A DNA stretch of 63,936 nt, filler included, from Folioceros fuciformis (taxonomy: Eukaryota): the NCBI GenBank assembly GCA_049999805.1. It is 8 parts of 8 records of this genome, joined end to end, with 100 filler letters (N's around TTAATTAATTAA, not from the genome) between each part and the next. Parts side by side here need not be neighbours in the genome. Positions count along the whole stretch, not along the records: positions 1 to 13,972 come from JBNGIO010005314.1; 7 more parts are not named here. One strand, written 5' to 3'. Of the stretch, positions 1-13,267 are shown piece after piece (within the stretch, counting starts at the first letter, position 1; each line of letters begins with the position of its first letter). Under the pieces are notes generated by a model that did not search any database, was not told where the DNA came from, and saw only the letters and a program-made list of their open reading frames with translations. The position numbers and the translations under genes were made by a program.

Positions 1-1530
1 ATGGATGAGGAGATGAGGTCCCTTGAAGGTAATGATACGTGGATGTTGACAACATTGCCCGTAGGAAGGAATGCCATTGGGTGTAAATGGGTGTTCAGAA
101 TCAAGAGAAATGCAAGTGGGAAAATTGATAGATTCAAGGCTAGGTTGGTGGTGAAGGGATACTCCCAAGAGGAGGGCATTGACTACAATGAGACATTTGC
201 ACCAGTTGCCAAGTTTGCATCCATCAGAACCTTACTTGCAGTGGGAGCAATATATGATTTGGAGATTCATCAAATGGATGTGAAAACAGCATTTCTAAAT
301 GGGGACTTGGAGGAAGACATTTACATGGAGCAACCCCAAGGCTATGTAGTTGTGGGCAAGGAGAACATGGTTTGCAAATTGAAGAAAGCTCTTTATGGAT
401 TGAAGCAGGCTCCAAGAGCTTGGTATCAAAAGATTAACTCATATCTTTTGGAGCAGGGTTTTCGGCAATGCACATCAGATGAGAGCATCTACATTTTTGA
501 GGTCTCCCAAAGTAAGGTAATCTTAGCCATATATGTGGATGATCTTATCTTGTTGAGTCCATCTTTAAGCAGTATTGATAAAGTGAAGGAGATGTTGTCA
601 AAGAAGTTTGAAATGAAGGACTTAGGGAACATCAACTATTGTCTTGGAATTGAAGTGCAGAGAGATAGGGCAGCACGTATCATCAGGCTTGGTCAGCAAG
701 GGTATGTTGAGGGATTATTGGAGCGATTTGGAATGATGGATTGCAAGCCTATTGGGACCCCTCAAGACTTAGGCGTGAAGTTGTGTAAGGTTGACTACTC
801 ATCAAATGATGGGGAGGAGCATGAGATGAGTAACATCCCATATAGGGCAGCAGTTGGAAGTTTGATGTATGCCATGGTAGGAACACGTCCAGACATTGCA
901 AAGGCAGTGGGAGTAGTGAGCCAATTTATGCAAAGCCCTGGAAAGCAACATTGGATTGCGGTGAAAAGGATCATGCGATACTTGAGAGGTACAAGTGATA
1001 TGTGGTTGGAATTCTCGGGTGGAATCAAATGCCATAATATTATTGGGTATTGTGACTCCGATTGGGGAAGTGATCTTGATGATAGAAGATCAACTACAGG
1101 ATATACTTTTATTTTAGGAGGAGGTGCCATTACCTGGAATAGTAAGAAGCAACCCACGGTGGCCATATCGACAGTTGAAGCTGAGTACATGGCATCCACA
1201 CAAGCCACCAAGGAGGCCGTATGGTTGAGAAAGCTCATGGAGGAGATTGATTATGAACAATTGCATCCGACCACTCTTAGGAGCGATAGTCAAGGAAGTA
1301 TGGCCTTGATCAAGAATCCAGTGCATCATGCAAGGACAAAGCATATTGACATTCAACATCACTTTGTACGTGAGAAGGTGAAGTTATTGGAGGTTACCTT
1401 TGAATATTGCAACACTGAGGAAATGGCTGCAGATTTCTTAACCAAGGCAGTGAGCAAGTTCAAGTTTGAGAAATGCAGGGGACTACTTGCAAACTCAAGT
1501 GCGCTGAGTGGGAGTGTTAAGCATGATTAA
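1..1530 (+). CDS. Ty1/copia pol, RT and RNase H (5' truncated by window)
   Basis: Open 509-aa frame with KARLV, QMDVKTAFLNG, YVDD, YCDSDW, HARTKHIDI and MAADFLTK; the stop lies just inside the 3' LTR. Confidence 0.97.
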   Translation: MDEEMRSLEGNDTWMLTTLPVGRNAIGCKWVFRIKRNASGKIDRFKARLVVKGYSQEEGIDYNETFAPVAKFASIRTLLAVGAIYDLEIHQMDVKTAFLNGDLEEDIYMEQPQGYVVVGKENMVCKLKKALYGLKQAPRAWYQKINSYLLEQGFRQCTSDESIYIFEVSQSKVILAIYVDDLILLSPSLSSIDKVKEMLSKKFEMKDLGNINYCLGIEVQRDRAARIIRLGQQGYVEGLLERFGMMDCKPIGTPQDLGVKLCKVDYSSNDGEEHEMSNIPYRAAVGSLMYAMVGTRPDIAKAVGVVSQFMQSPGKQHWIAVKRIMRYLRGTSDMWLEFSGGIKCHNIIGYCDSDWGSDLDDRRSTTGYTFILGGGAITWNSKKQPTVAISTVEAEYMASTQATKEAVWLRKLMEEIDYEQLHPTTLRSDSQGSMALIKNPVHHARTKHIDIQHHFVREKVKLLEVTFEYCNTEEMAADFLTKAVSKFKFEKCRGLLANSSALSGSVKHD

Positions 1531-1833
1531 TGTTGATATTAATTAGTGCTAATCCAGCTTATTGAGTTTGTACTAATTAGTGGTAAGAGTGATTAAGGTT
1601 ATGATTAATATATATATATAGCTTATTAGACTTTGCTATGTTAGGCAAAGGGATGAACCCACTTAGTATTAGTAGTCTAACTCCCTCTTCATTTGTATTG
1701 TGTTGTTTTTGTAATTCTCCTTTATTTGAGTTTAAGAGCCTTGTTATAGTGCTCTTAGTTTTGGGATTCTGCATCTTGCTTCAACTAACTTGTTTTAACC
1801 TCCTTTGAGCATGGCGGGGGTGACATCTCAACA
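1515..1833 (+). mobile_element. Copia 3' LTR (family A)
   Basis: TGTT...AACA termini after the purine tract GAGTGGGAG; near-identical to 13268-13665. Confidence 0.92.
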
Positions 1834-2838
1834 AGTGTTAAGGCCTTGAGAACACAGATATAAAGAGATAGAGAGAGGTAGACAGTGAGAAGTCTAGCAT
1901 TGAGACATAGTTGAGAAGGGCTTGAAGAGCAAGCTTATCAGATTGAATTAAGGGCAATAGCTAGTGGGGCGTACATCGCCAGACTCTTTTGTAAGTACCT
2001 TGAATAAAGAGCAGCACCTATAGGATCTGCAAGTGTCAGTGGACGGTGGGCTACTTGGAGCCTAGTGTTGAGTCATGTTAGAGGGAGTTGAGTGATTTGT
2101 AAGCGGAGCATTGTAGAGTGAATAGATGAGATTCGAGGTCGTTGCTTTCTTTTATGTTGCGTAAGGAAGGGGGTGTTACTTAGTTGGTATCTAAGCAAGG
2201 TCTATTCCTCCAAGATGGCTAAGCGCTAGAGGATGTAGATAAGGGAGGTTTCTCATGATCCCCCGCCTGAACAACTTGAAGAGAATCAAGGCAAGGAGAT
2301 GCTGCCTACCGACTCAGTAGGACCATCCAGAGAAAAATCCAAAGATTGGAAGACACAGATGATGGTCCCTTTGTGACAAATTCTTCGCGAAGTATTGCCT
2401 GAAGTTCTCCAAGATTTGATATCATCTAGGAAAAAGGCAAGGAAGAATCCACAGCCTATAGCTCTACGGAATGAGGAAGCGGAAGACAATCAAGATCCTT
2501 TTCATATCTTCGAAACAATTTCGAGGGCAAACCTGAAGTTGGCCATGCCAGATAAGTATGAGGGAGTAAGGGATCTACAAGCTCTTGATTCTTGGATTTA
2601 CTCTATTGAAAGATATCTTGCCTCATCTGGCCTTGAACCTAAGCATTACTCAAGTAATGTGGGCAACTTTCTGATAGGGTATGCTTTGATGTGGTGACTA
2701 AGTTTTTGTGCTAATATAGCCTAGGGTAATCGAGCACATACTATCACAGATTAGGCGTCTTTAAAGAGGCCTTGAAGAAGCAGTTCTAACCTACAAATAC
2801 TTCGCATTTGAGCTGGCAGCTGCTGGATAATACAAAGC
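1834..2838 (+). mobile_element. Ty3/gypsy 5' end remnant: partial LTR, PBS and decayed gag
   Basis: LTR part 1834-2184 matches the inverted copy at 2839-3195; TGGTATCTAAGC (tRNA-iMet PBS, one mismatch) at 2185-2196; gag-like KLAMPDKYEG..LDSWIYSIERYL at 2395-2697 with stops. Confidence 0.75.
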
Positions 2839-3440
2839 ACTAAGTAATGCCCCCTTCCTTACGCAGTGTAAAAGGAAGCAACGGCCTCGAATCTCGTCTA
2901 TTCACTCTGCAACGCTCCACATACAAATCACTCACTCCCTCTCACAAAACTCAGCACTAGGCTCCAAGTAGCCCGCCATCCACTGACGACTCGCAGACCA
3001 CCTCCTCTAGGTGGTTCTCTTTATTCAAGATACTTACAAAAGAGTTTGGTGATCTACGCGCCATTGGCTACTACTCTAGACTCAATCTGACAAGCTTGCT
3101 CTCAAGCCCTCCACCGCTATGTCTCAAGGCTAGACTTCTCACTGTCTGCCTCTCTCTCTTTGTCTCCCTATGTATGTCCTTAAGACCTTAACACTGGCCT
3201 ATTTATACTCCATAGCTAAGCCATTGCTAAAGCTGGAAATGATACACACCACTCATCTCAGAATACTAGTGGTCATTACAACTCCATCCTTCTTAGGAGG
3301 TTTTGCTTGGAACGTACATCTTGTTTCCAAAGGCAGCAAGAAGCATACTTGCTTCTTCATCAAGACAGCTCTAGATTTAGCTTTCACCTTTTCATTTTTA
3401 ACTTTCACCTTATTTCACTTGTACCATTACTCTCTCCCCC
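2839..3440 (-). mobile_element. Gypsy 3' LTR with PPT, same family, inverted orientation
   Basis: Reverse-complement match to 1834-2184; minus-strand TATAAATA; PPT GGGGGAGAG at 3432-3440, preceded by TTGAGGACAA. Confidence 0.7.
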
Positions 3441-3693
3441 ACTAGGAAGATGTCATTGTCCTCAATGACTTGCAATATACCATGAGATCATCCATGATCC
3501 TTGTTGCACATCTTGAAGTGAAACCCAGACAAAGCCTTACTAGATACCCAGGAACAAAATCACGAAGCCTTACTAGATACCCTGGAAGATTACCATGGGC
3601 AAAAAGCACTTCTCTTTCTGCTAGGAATTCAACATGTACTGCACGGGAATATTTGCTACTTGATAATACAAAGCAAATATTGTACAGGCTTGG

Positions 3694-3843
3694 GTGAAGC
3701 TATTATGCATTATACTTCAATAAATGAGGCTATTATGCATTGTACTTCAATACATTGTACTTCAATGAGTGAGGTTATTATGCATTGTACTTTAATACAT
3801 TGTACTTCAATGAGTGAGGCTATTATGCATTGTACTTCAATGA
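3694..3843. repeat. Minisatellite (TGAGGCTATTATGCATTGTACTTCAA-based)
   Basis: About four full units plus shorter CATTGTACTTCAAT subunits. Confidence 0.8.
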
Positions 3844-4285
3844 AAAAGGTTGACAAACAAGGTTTGAAGGACCGGGTTGCTTCCTTTTACACTGCATAAG
3901 CAAGGGGGGTGTTAACCACAAAATTCTATTTTTTTACTCTTCTCCCTTGGGGAGGTATACACTCTGGTGGGGTATGGCAAGAAAGTTTTCGGTATACACT
4001 CTGGTGGGGTATGGCAAGAAAGTTTTCTAAACCTGACCACGACATAACAGGCACAACCGAGACTAGAATCCCTGTGAAGTCTGGAAGCGTGAAATCTGAA
4101 AGTGTTAAGCTGCGCGTTTTGTCATGACCACGCAACAGGCTGCGCTAACTCCCTGATCGCAAACTGGACGCTAGATTAAGCTGTTCCTAATCCACTTATA
4201 TCCTGACAGTAGTAGTATGGACAACGTCACTTTACAACTCCACGTTAAGAAAGATCGCACATCGCTGCAATCTAAAACCGCTTGA

Positions 4286-6437
4286 TCAGTCTGATCCTGG
4301 TGAATTGAAGTACGACCCCGGAAGACGTTGATTGCAAACCATGCTGGGTATCTAGGGAAACACGAAACATCACTTGTTATGATCCGCAGACTAGCTTGTC
4401 AAAGCTCGATTACGTCAAGCACACGGTTAAGCTGTACCTTATCCCCAAAAAATATTTTCGTGTTGTTAGCAATAGATTCGAAAAACTTGAGCTCTAAGAA
4501 CTGCGGTGTCAACTTCAACTTGTTCACATCAGCTTCCTTCGATGCCCTGTGAAGAACGCCAAACAATCTCTCAAGGTAAAATGATAGAAAACGAGCTCCA
4601 AGACCTAGGGTGCCTACTTGAACTTGTTCACTTCAGCTTCCTCAAAGCAAAAAGAGTCCTTTTACTTATCTGTCAAGTACCTGTAAAAATTCGAGTCCGC
4701 AAGACTCTTCTGCGTTGATGTGTAGATCTCGTTTTCGATGAACTGCTGTCTCTTAGCACTCTCTTTTTCCATCAATCGCTGCTCCATAAGGATCTTACTA
4801 ACTTGCGCAGCTTGCTCTGCTTCTGTAACAGCCCTTTTCATTGCAGTTTCTGCTTCTTTCTCAATAACCTTTTGCTTTTCAACTGCTATCAGAACCTTCC
4901 AGGAGGCGCACATTCAGTGTAGATTTTGAGATTGAGAAAAAGCTGAGTAGGACATTGCAGGCCTGAACTTTACCTTGGTTCTTTCTTCTTCCATTGTTTG
5001 ATAATTTCGGGCAATAGATTCTGGAATGGTTGGCTTAGTAACCCGGACACTGATAATCTCCAGACCCTGTGCATATCGAGTACAGTCCCGTTGAATTGCC
5101 TCTTTCACCTTGTCATCTATCTGGGAAGTATATCAGAACACGACAGTTTACTGAGACTGTCTGTATCCCTCCACATTGATTGGCCCGAACAAAACACTCA
5201 CACAACGACGATACCTCACCTGATCGAACATATCGATGTAGACTTCTTGGAGGGAATGAGAACTGCAAAACTGGTTAATTTCATGATGAATTTTATCGTA
5301 TATCCAGATTTTGTCATATGTAACACCATAGTTTAGAATAGTCTCGTGGACAAAGTCCTTATTTAGACGGTTGACAACCTGCAGAGGAATGATTAAAATG
5401 CCCCCTCGCAGGACACAACTTGGCTGTCTTGTCCCATAAGGCAAAATCAGATTTGCTACCAGACATGCTACAGAGACCAAGTTACCTCGATCTTGTCAAA
5501 GTAGATCATTACTTTTGTACCACAGGGGATGTTCCTAACCTTGTAGGACATGATTGGAATGATGTGAACACAAACGTGTACTGGAATGATCAAATAGCTT
5601 ATCTCACAAAATGTGGAAGACTCCGATCCACACAGCAAAGTACCTACACTTCAGTCACCACATGCATCAATTTTTCAAGTACCCACGGTCTTCAAGTTTA
5701 CCTCATCGGTTTGAATAGTTACTTGAATAGGATCCACGCGGGTGACGAAAGGTAGCATGAAATGAAAACCTACGCGAATGGTCAAAAAGCACAGCAAACA
5801 AGTCTTTCATCACATGAAACTACCAGTTCCAAAAACTGAACTTCAAACCGGTGATAAATTTTCTGGAATTTCGCCCCAACAACATTGGACGCACCAGGTG
5901 AAGTTGTCTGCCGTAACAAGGCACCCCCTCTCCAGTACACGCCCACATGACCTTCCGGAATCTGATGCAGGACTCCCAGATGACTGCCGCTCACTGAAAA
6001 CCCTGCTAAAACCTGCAAATCCATGGCAAAACACCGGTCATCGAGATTGTTATATTTCGGAGATCTTGTGGTACTGACGGCGGCCATCTCGACGCGTAGC
6101 TTGAACGTCAATAGCTTTGACCTCTGCCTCTGCTTGGCCACTGCATGTACACAGTCACTTCTGGTTTGCGCCAACTGCTTGTACACCACTGCGGTAAACT
6201 GGCTTGACATACACAATGATCATCCTCGTAGCCGACAGGGTCTACGACTCAAAAGATAGAAATGTGATTGGCATTGCCAGACAAAGCTCCTCATGAGCCA
6301 TCACACCAACAAAAGCTATGTGGAGGGTAACTTACCGCAATGCCCACTAATACAGCAGTCAGTAGAACATCGAGTGATTTAAAGGACGATGCTTGAGCGG
6401 GAGCTCCTCGAACTGGCAATCTACTGGAAGTGTCCAT
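4286..6437 (-). CDS. Erlin-like SPFH/band-7 membrane protein, multi-exon
   Basis: Exons encode [67 protein letters not shown] and [16 protein letters not shown] introns; ATG at 6437, TGA at 4286-4288. Confidence 0.9.
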
Positions 6438-6521
6438 AGTTGGACGGGTGCCACGCGTAATACATAGGGGCTGGAAGCGTCCTAGCACGCTAAGCACCAA
6501 GAGAGGTATTCAGCGCCAACC

Positions 6522-9500
6522 ATGTCCAGCAAGAAGCGCAAGGTGTTGGGGCAAAAGGATATGCATGACCTGGACTTCGTCAACAGTTATCAGCAATATC
6601 TGGATGATTATCATAAGAATGACCTCCAAGACATTCTGTGTGCTGAAAACGGAGACGACCGCTATTTTATCTCCATTGAGTAAGTGCCTCGCGATACTTA
6701 ACTGCGCCTGGGTCCTTGTCAAGGACAGCTTTGCCGCTCATTTTTGTCCTGAGGATTTCGTTCACAATTTCTTGTTTGACAGCCTCGCGGACCTGCTACA
6801 GGCCAGTGACCAATTGGTTCACAGCCTGTTCAAAAATCCTCTACATCAGTTGAGGCTATTCGATCAAGCAGCAGCGAGGGCTCAGGTGGGGACTAACAGT
6901 CTTCGAGGTTTTTGGGCTGCAAAGGTTTCCAGTTCTGAGAAATTTCGCTCTTGTACATTGTGCACACAGCAAGCCATTTCGGAAGCATGCGAGGAACGGA
7001 AGACTATGTCGGTCAAGCCGGTTGTTCGCATCAGACTTTCTGTTGAGGGGTCACCCTTGGATTGCCCAGGTGAATTTTGGGTGGAGGTTAACCATTGTAG
7101 TACATGAGTGGAGCTGAAAGTCAGTCTGTGCACGCCATTCTGACAAAAATAGCTGTCTGCATCAGAAGGACTTTTAGATCCGCATCTCGTTCTGATGTTA
7201 TCGCCTCCTGTGTGGCTGTTAACTCCTAACAACTTGACCTCAGAAACACATCCAGGCATTGGGCATATACGGGTCAAGCATGTTGGACAATTGCTCATGG
7301 TCTCTGGAACTGTTAGTCGCTGTGGTGCTATGAAGCTGTTTCAAGGGGAGAGGATCTATGAATGTGCCAACTGCAAATACAGGTGGCGCGCATTGACACC
7401 CTGCCTCCCTGTTTTTAGTAAGGTTTGCACACAGACAAACTATCTAAGACATTTTTCTGGCAGATTCTTGGTGTACGCAGGGCTGGAATTGGGCAATTCT
7501 ACACCGATACCATCTTCTTGTCCCTCTGGAGTACGTCCGATACTTTTGTTACAGTCAAGGCTGCTGTAAACTGACGCTTTCCAGGCTGCATATTATACTA
7601 AGCAAGGCATGCAGCTGACCACAGTTTGTCACGCTCCCTGACGTTGGTGCAGCGCAATCGCCGTTGTAAGGGAGTTACATTCCAGCTAGTGGAGAAGAGT
7701 ATTATTTGCCACGACTATCAGGAGATCAGAATTCAGGAGAATATGGAAACACTTGTTGTGGGCTCCATCCCTCGTTCCATCACAGTTGCTCTGGAGGATG
7801 ATCTTGTGGATACTGTAGTAGCGGGTGGTAGGTCATCGTTCTCGTCAGTCAGGGCCTTGTATTTTGTTTAGTTTTTTAGAAATGTACCCAACGAGAGAGG
7901 CAGGCATGTTTCCACTGGAAATTCCTAACAATTATAATCCAGGTGCAGGTTTTGTATGTAGTCAGGAGCACAAGTCAACAGAGTAAGGACTAGCCTGACC
8001 TATTCTTGCTTACAGATCATGTCACTGTCACTGGTATCCTTTACCCTAAATGGCGCACATCAGTTACAGATGGACGCTGTGACCTGGAGCTGACGTTGCG
8101 GGCAAACTGTATCAGGCAGGCGTTGTTGAATCACATGCAAACATGTCATTGGTTATAGTCCCATGCAGCTGGATAACCCAGGTGAATGTGATCTGTTCAT
8201 GAGCGTCTGCATATTGCAACCTTACTTGAGTCTGCCTGGTACGCAGAAAGTCCAATGACGTCAGACCGACCAATTATCTGTCCAGCCAGATAATACAAGA
8301 GTTCGAGGGATTCTGGAAACAGTTCAAAGAAGCACCTCTTGAAGGTTGAACTCCTGCTCCAATTGTTAGTCAGGGGAGTGGGATGTGTATCACCATACGG
8401 CAATTCCTGAAGAGAGGTACCCTGTTTTCTGCGCAGGCAGGAATATTATTCTACAACAGATATGCCCTCAGGTTTATGGCCGTGCTAGTGCCAAACTTGC
8501 AGGTATACTCAATCCTAGTTGTTCTCCTTGAACTTATGAACCAGCTTGTGTAAAACAGCCCTACGAGATATGCACCACTATCTTTTTGGTCCTGAGCTTG
8601 TCGCTTATGGCCTGTTGTTTCGCACTTGGCAGTTGCCTTGACCCTGATAGGTGGTGTACAGCACATCGATGCCTCTGGCTCTAGAGTTCGCGGCGAGTCC
8701 CACCTTCTGCTTGTTGGTGACCCAGGTTGTTCCTGCACTGTTGATCTATCCTTTTAGAATGAGCTGTCATTGCTTACCGATCTCTGTGCATCACTCAGGG
8801 ACTGGCAAATCTCAGTTTCTTAAGTACGCAGCCAAGCTCAGTACTCGAGCAGTGATGACATCTGGTGTGGGAAGTAGCAGCGCAGGTTTGAGTGTAACAG
8901 CTATGAAGGATAGAGGTAAACAGGTTGTATGTGAGCTCATGGTCACCTGAACCCAAGAATTTTATAGCATTGGAGGCGTTGGCCATGGCGCTGACCAACC
9001 CACGTTCGTGCATGTCAACGGACAGGAGAGTGGATGCTGGAAGCTGGAGCCCTTGTTCTTGCAGATGGCGGTCTGTGCTGTATAGATGAATTTGAAAGGT
9101 TTGTTGTTCCATCTGATTTTTATGTGATAGGTCCCTATTTTAACGTCAATATACATCTCTTAGTAAGACTTGTGGCACTCATCTGTTGACATCTGTACAT
9201 GGCGTCTGTTTCTTTGACCTTGTTTAGCATGAGGGAATCTGATCGAGCTACTATACACGAAGCAATGGAACAGCAGACAATCAGTGTTGCCAAGGTCTGT
9301 TCTGCTGGCCGTTGTAGTCAGCGTGCTGCCGATGGGCCAGATTGTACCCTTAATTCAAGGCTGGGCAGTGCAGGCAGGTCTGATAACAACAGTCAGCACA
9401 AGGACAACAATATTTGGTGTCACAAATATCAAGGGAACATATGATCCGTACCGACGTATCCACCCATGTTGGGGGTGGTTATAGTATTCTGGTGAGTATC

Positions 9501-10589
9501 GATCTCAGCTGTCCTGTGTAGCCTTACATTCCGTGTCCCCTTGACCAGGCTATTTCAGCTCTCACCGAAAACACCAGTTTTTCGAGTCCTCTATTGAGCC
9601 GATTTGATATGGTTCTCGCGCTTCTTGACACCAAGAATGCAGAGTGGGACAACACTGTTTCATCACATATTCTTCATGAGGTAGAAATCTGACAGGTCAG
9701 CAACTGTGTATCACTTTTATGCTAATTTCAATTAGCCTAAGCAGTCTATGGCAACTTCCAGCACTGCCCGGACAAGATAAAGAGGGGTGGCACCACATGG
9801 ACGCTGGCTGCGTTACGAAGGTACCATTCATAGGGTTGAGGCAACTGCTGCTGGAGTCTTTGCACTTCATGAAAGGGTGACACGTTCCGTTTGTGACAGT
9901 TACATCGAATACGTGAAGGAGATGTTCCAGCCTAGATTAACAAAAGAGTCTGAGAAGGTTCTGGTGACCTACTACCAGCTGCAGCGGAGGAACGGGCAAG
10001 AACGTGCAGGTGTGTACGAGAGAACACAAGACCACAGAGTGTTAACTTTAGACTACTTTAAGTACTTGTGATTGTGTCTTCAATTTCTAAAGCGGATGAA
10101 CATGTGCAGGTAGGACAACACTCCGCATGCTGCAAAGCTTGATCCGGCTGGCACAAGGTGAACGTCTTGTTGAAACTCATGGTTAAATTGTGGTCCTGCG
10201 CTTTCAACAGCCGTAGCCAACACTGTTGTTGAGATTTAAAGGTCGGTGTTGCTGGTGTGGAGATTTCTTAATCTGCTTTTTCGTATTTGTCTCTCAGCAC
10301 ATGCAAGGCTTATGTTCAGGCAACAAGTGTTGGAAGTAGATGCAGTAGCAGCAGTTGCTTGTGTGGAGCTGTCCATGACTTCATGTAGTTTATTTGATGG
10401 AGCACCACTTACAATGAATGCATTCTTCACCAACACACCTGATGAAGATTGTATCCTTTGCTTGGAGAAGAGTAAGGTTTGTTTTTATTTCGGCATATGA
10501 CGCCAATAATTCTTGCAAGTTATCTCTTGACTGGGATGGCAGATCTCAAGGACAGGCACTTAGTGCTTTCGCAGCTCCAATTAGCGTGA
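6522..10589 (+). CDS. MCM9: MCM9 DNA helicase, multi-exon
   Basis: [18 protein letters not shown] (Walker A), [18 protein letters not shown] (Walker B), [20 protein letters not shown] and [19 protein letters not shown]; zinc finger CANC; N-terminal KKRKV. Confidence 0.92.
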
Positions 10590-11939
10590 TCATGGTTGTT
10601 CGTAGGCGGAGAAAACGGGTTGAGAACGGGAGCCAGTAAGTTGGTTAGCTGTGCAAGCCCATGTACACTGTCTGCCATTTGGGAAGTGGGACAAAACTTC
10701 AATTAAGGAAGAGTCACGTTTGGGGCCGAGCTGCTGAGTGAGTTAATACGAGGGGTTGGGGAGACTTTTCCTCTGGCCAAGATAGTTTATGTAGTGAACA
10801 ACGAGAACAGTTATTTATCTACGTGTGGTAGAGATGATGCAAGTCATCAATGACGTGAGATTTTGTGGGAGTTTTCAGGATACTAGCGAAAAGGCTTGGA
10901 TGCCATCTCCAGTTCTTTGATCCATTGTGAAATGAATTGTGTTCATGCTCCTCATTTTTCTAGAAGGACATTTACAATGGATTATGTCAAGATGTGCTTT
11001 TTGTCAACAGGATAAGATAGAATAAGTGAAACCACGAGGGTTGTCATAGTCCCTACCTATTCTAGGAAGACCTAGGAAAAGCTATGAACTTTGTCATGCC
11101 CTTGTACACCCCTAGGGCTGAAGCTTGCATGCGGGGACTTAGTTATGCCCTTGCCTTCCAATGATCCAAGCCTCATTGGCCTTGTCTCTTATATATCCTC
11201 TCTTCTCAACCCCATATGGTGTGCCAAAGTGAATTAAAGTAGGTTGTGCTTCCAAATTAATCAACACCTTCCTTGTGCAAAACCATTTATCAAAAACTCA
11301 TGCTTGCTATTATCCAAAGATGCAATTCATGACTTAACTTCACCACTCTCTTCACAACTCCGCTAATTACTATTCACACAAAATACCACATATATCTTCA
11401 TGTCATTAACTAAGAAAAATCTTATTTCCAAGTGATTGGAAATTTCCTTTCCATGCTTTGCGTGCTTATTGGTTACTATCAAACCCATACAACTTCTCAA
11501 ATAAAATTTGTAAGCATACCACACAACAGGTTTCCAACCACGGTAAATTCATAGCTAGGACCCAACTCTATGTCCTCACCCCTACACTCCCGTAACTTGA
11601 TCATATAAAACATGCACATTACTTGATTAATGGAGACTGATGACTTTGGGTGTCCCGAATACATCTCACTTTTCGCAAGCAACACAACCCCACCCTTGCT
11701 TCTTCTCCACCCTAGAAACTCTTTCAATTGGTAAACTTAACATTTGACTATCCTGTATATCCACCAACTTCATCCCTTTATCTATACCTCTTGGCTGTAG
11801 TTGTGCTTCAGTAGACTCCACTGACCAAATTTGAACANNNNNNNNNNNNNNNNNNNNNNNNNNNNNNNNNNNNNNNNNNNNNNNNNNNNNNNNNNNNNNN
11901 NNNNNNNNNNNNNNNNNNNNNNNNNNNNNNNNNNNNNCC

Positions 11940-12480
11940 AATTTTGACTCCTTTCGAAGCTCCTTTGTTGGAAACGGCTCGCGCTCACGTACGCTCCCTT
12001 TCCTGCTGCCTCCTCCGCTCTTTCTTGATCCTATCCTTTGGTAAGATGCCTGCCATCTCTCCCTCACATGGATATCCTCCTATCAGCTTGCCCGCGCCCG
12101 CTCCCTCATGTACTAGCTAATCCGCTACTCTTGGTTCCTATCCTCTCAGCGATTGTTTTACCTTGACCTTCGTCTTGCCCTCTTCCACCCCTTTGGTCAC
12201 TTGCGCATCCACCCCCTCCTCAAAGCTTTCTTGGCTTGAATTGCTTCCTGCTCCCTAACCTTACAAGTGACCAAGCCCCGAATGTGGAGGAAGAACGAGC
12301 GCCCCACAAACATGAGTCATGGCGTCCTTCAACTGCTCCAAGCCTGGGTTGGTGAGCTCCTTGAGCCATTCCAACTCAGCAACTTGCTCTTGGTATTGCT
12401 ATAAAAGCTAGGCCTTAGTAAGTCTACACGTTGACGAAATCTCGGAGCTGTCTTTGACGAGCCCACCAGCTCAAGCCCTA
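11940..12480 (+). pseudogene. Possible decayed LINE ORF2 C-terminal remnant
   Basis: HLRIHPLLKAFLA..IASCSL resembles the zf-RVT region; many stops. Confidence 0.3.
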
Positions 12481-13267
12481 GAAGACCATATAGAACCTGC
12501 CTTCTCCTTCCTCTTTCCTCCCATAGCCACATTCCTAAATTTAGGTCGCTCGTTTCCTCTTAAGTTTTTCCAATTTTTGCCGTTGTTACTTCCCTGCCTG
12601 CTCCTTTATGATTCCCCAAAAGCCCTGACTGAAGTTCTCTTTGATTTCCAAGAAATCAAAGTGTCACACCATTGTTGAATCTCCCTTCTTCCACCATTTT
12701 GAACTTTCAAGACACAATTGACACTTTCAAACAAACCCTCTTAAAGAACAGACCTTAAGAAAAACCCTTGTTCATTTCCTTGCCTATGTAAGCTTCACTC
12801 CACCCATAATCTTCCCAACCAAAAGATCATTTTTGCAAAAACTTTAGTGCATCATAGCTTTCAAAATAAAACCAGAACTCACCACAAAATCCCTCAACCA
12901 ACTCCTAGTTACTTTGGCTAGTACTTGAAAACTTTGTATCTAAACCTTTAACACTCATTCCTAAGTTCCTTAAGAGCATCACTTGTAATGACCTCTTAGC
13001 TACCAAACTAGGCTAAGTTAGCATATCTAGTCATTTACCCCATGAACTTCAGTCCTAAGTCAACATTTTTTGTCCAAAGCTATGCCCACCAATGTTTCCA
13101 ACAACCTTGAATCAATGAACCTTTATGGCGCAGTGATGAAAACATTCATCACCCAAGGATAGCACACTTTTCAACAACACTTTTGCCACCTAGGAACATT
13201 ACATACTCACTCTCGTGCACACTTTCTCTTTAATCCTCACGAACAAATAAAGCATTCTTGTGATAGT

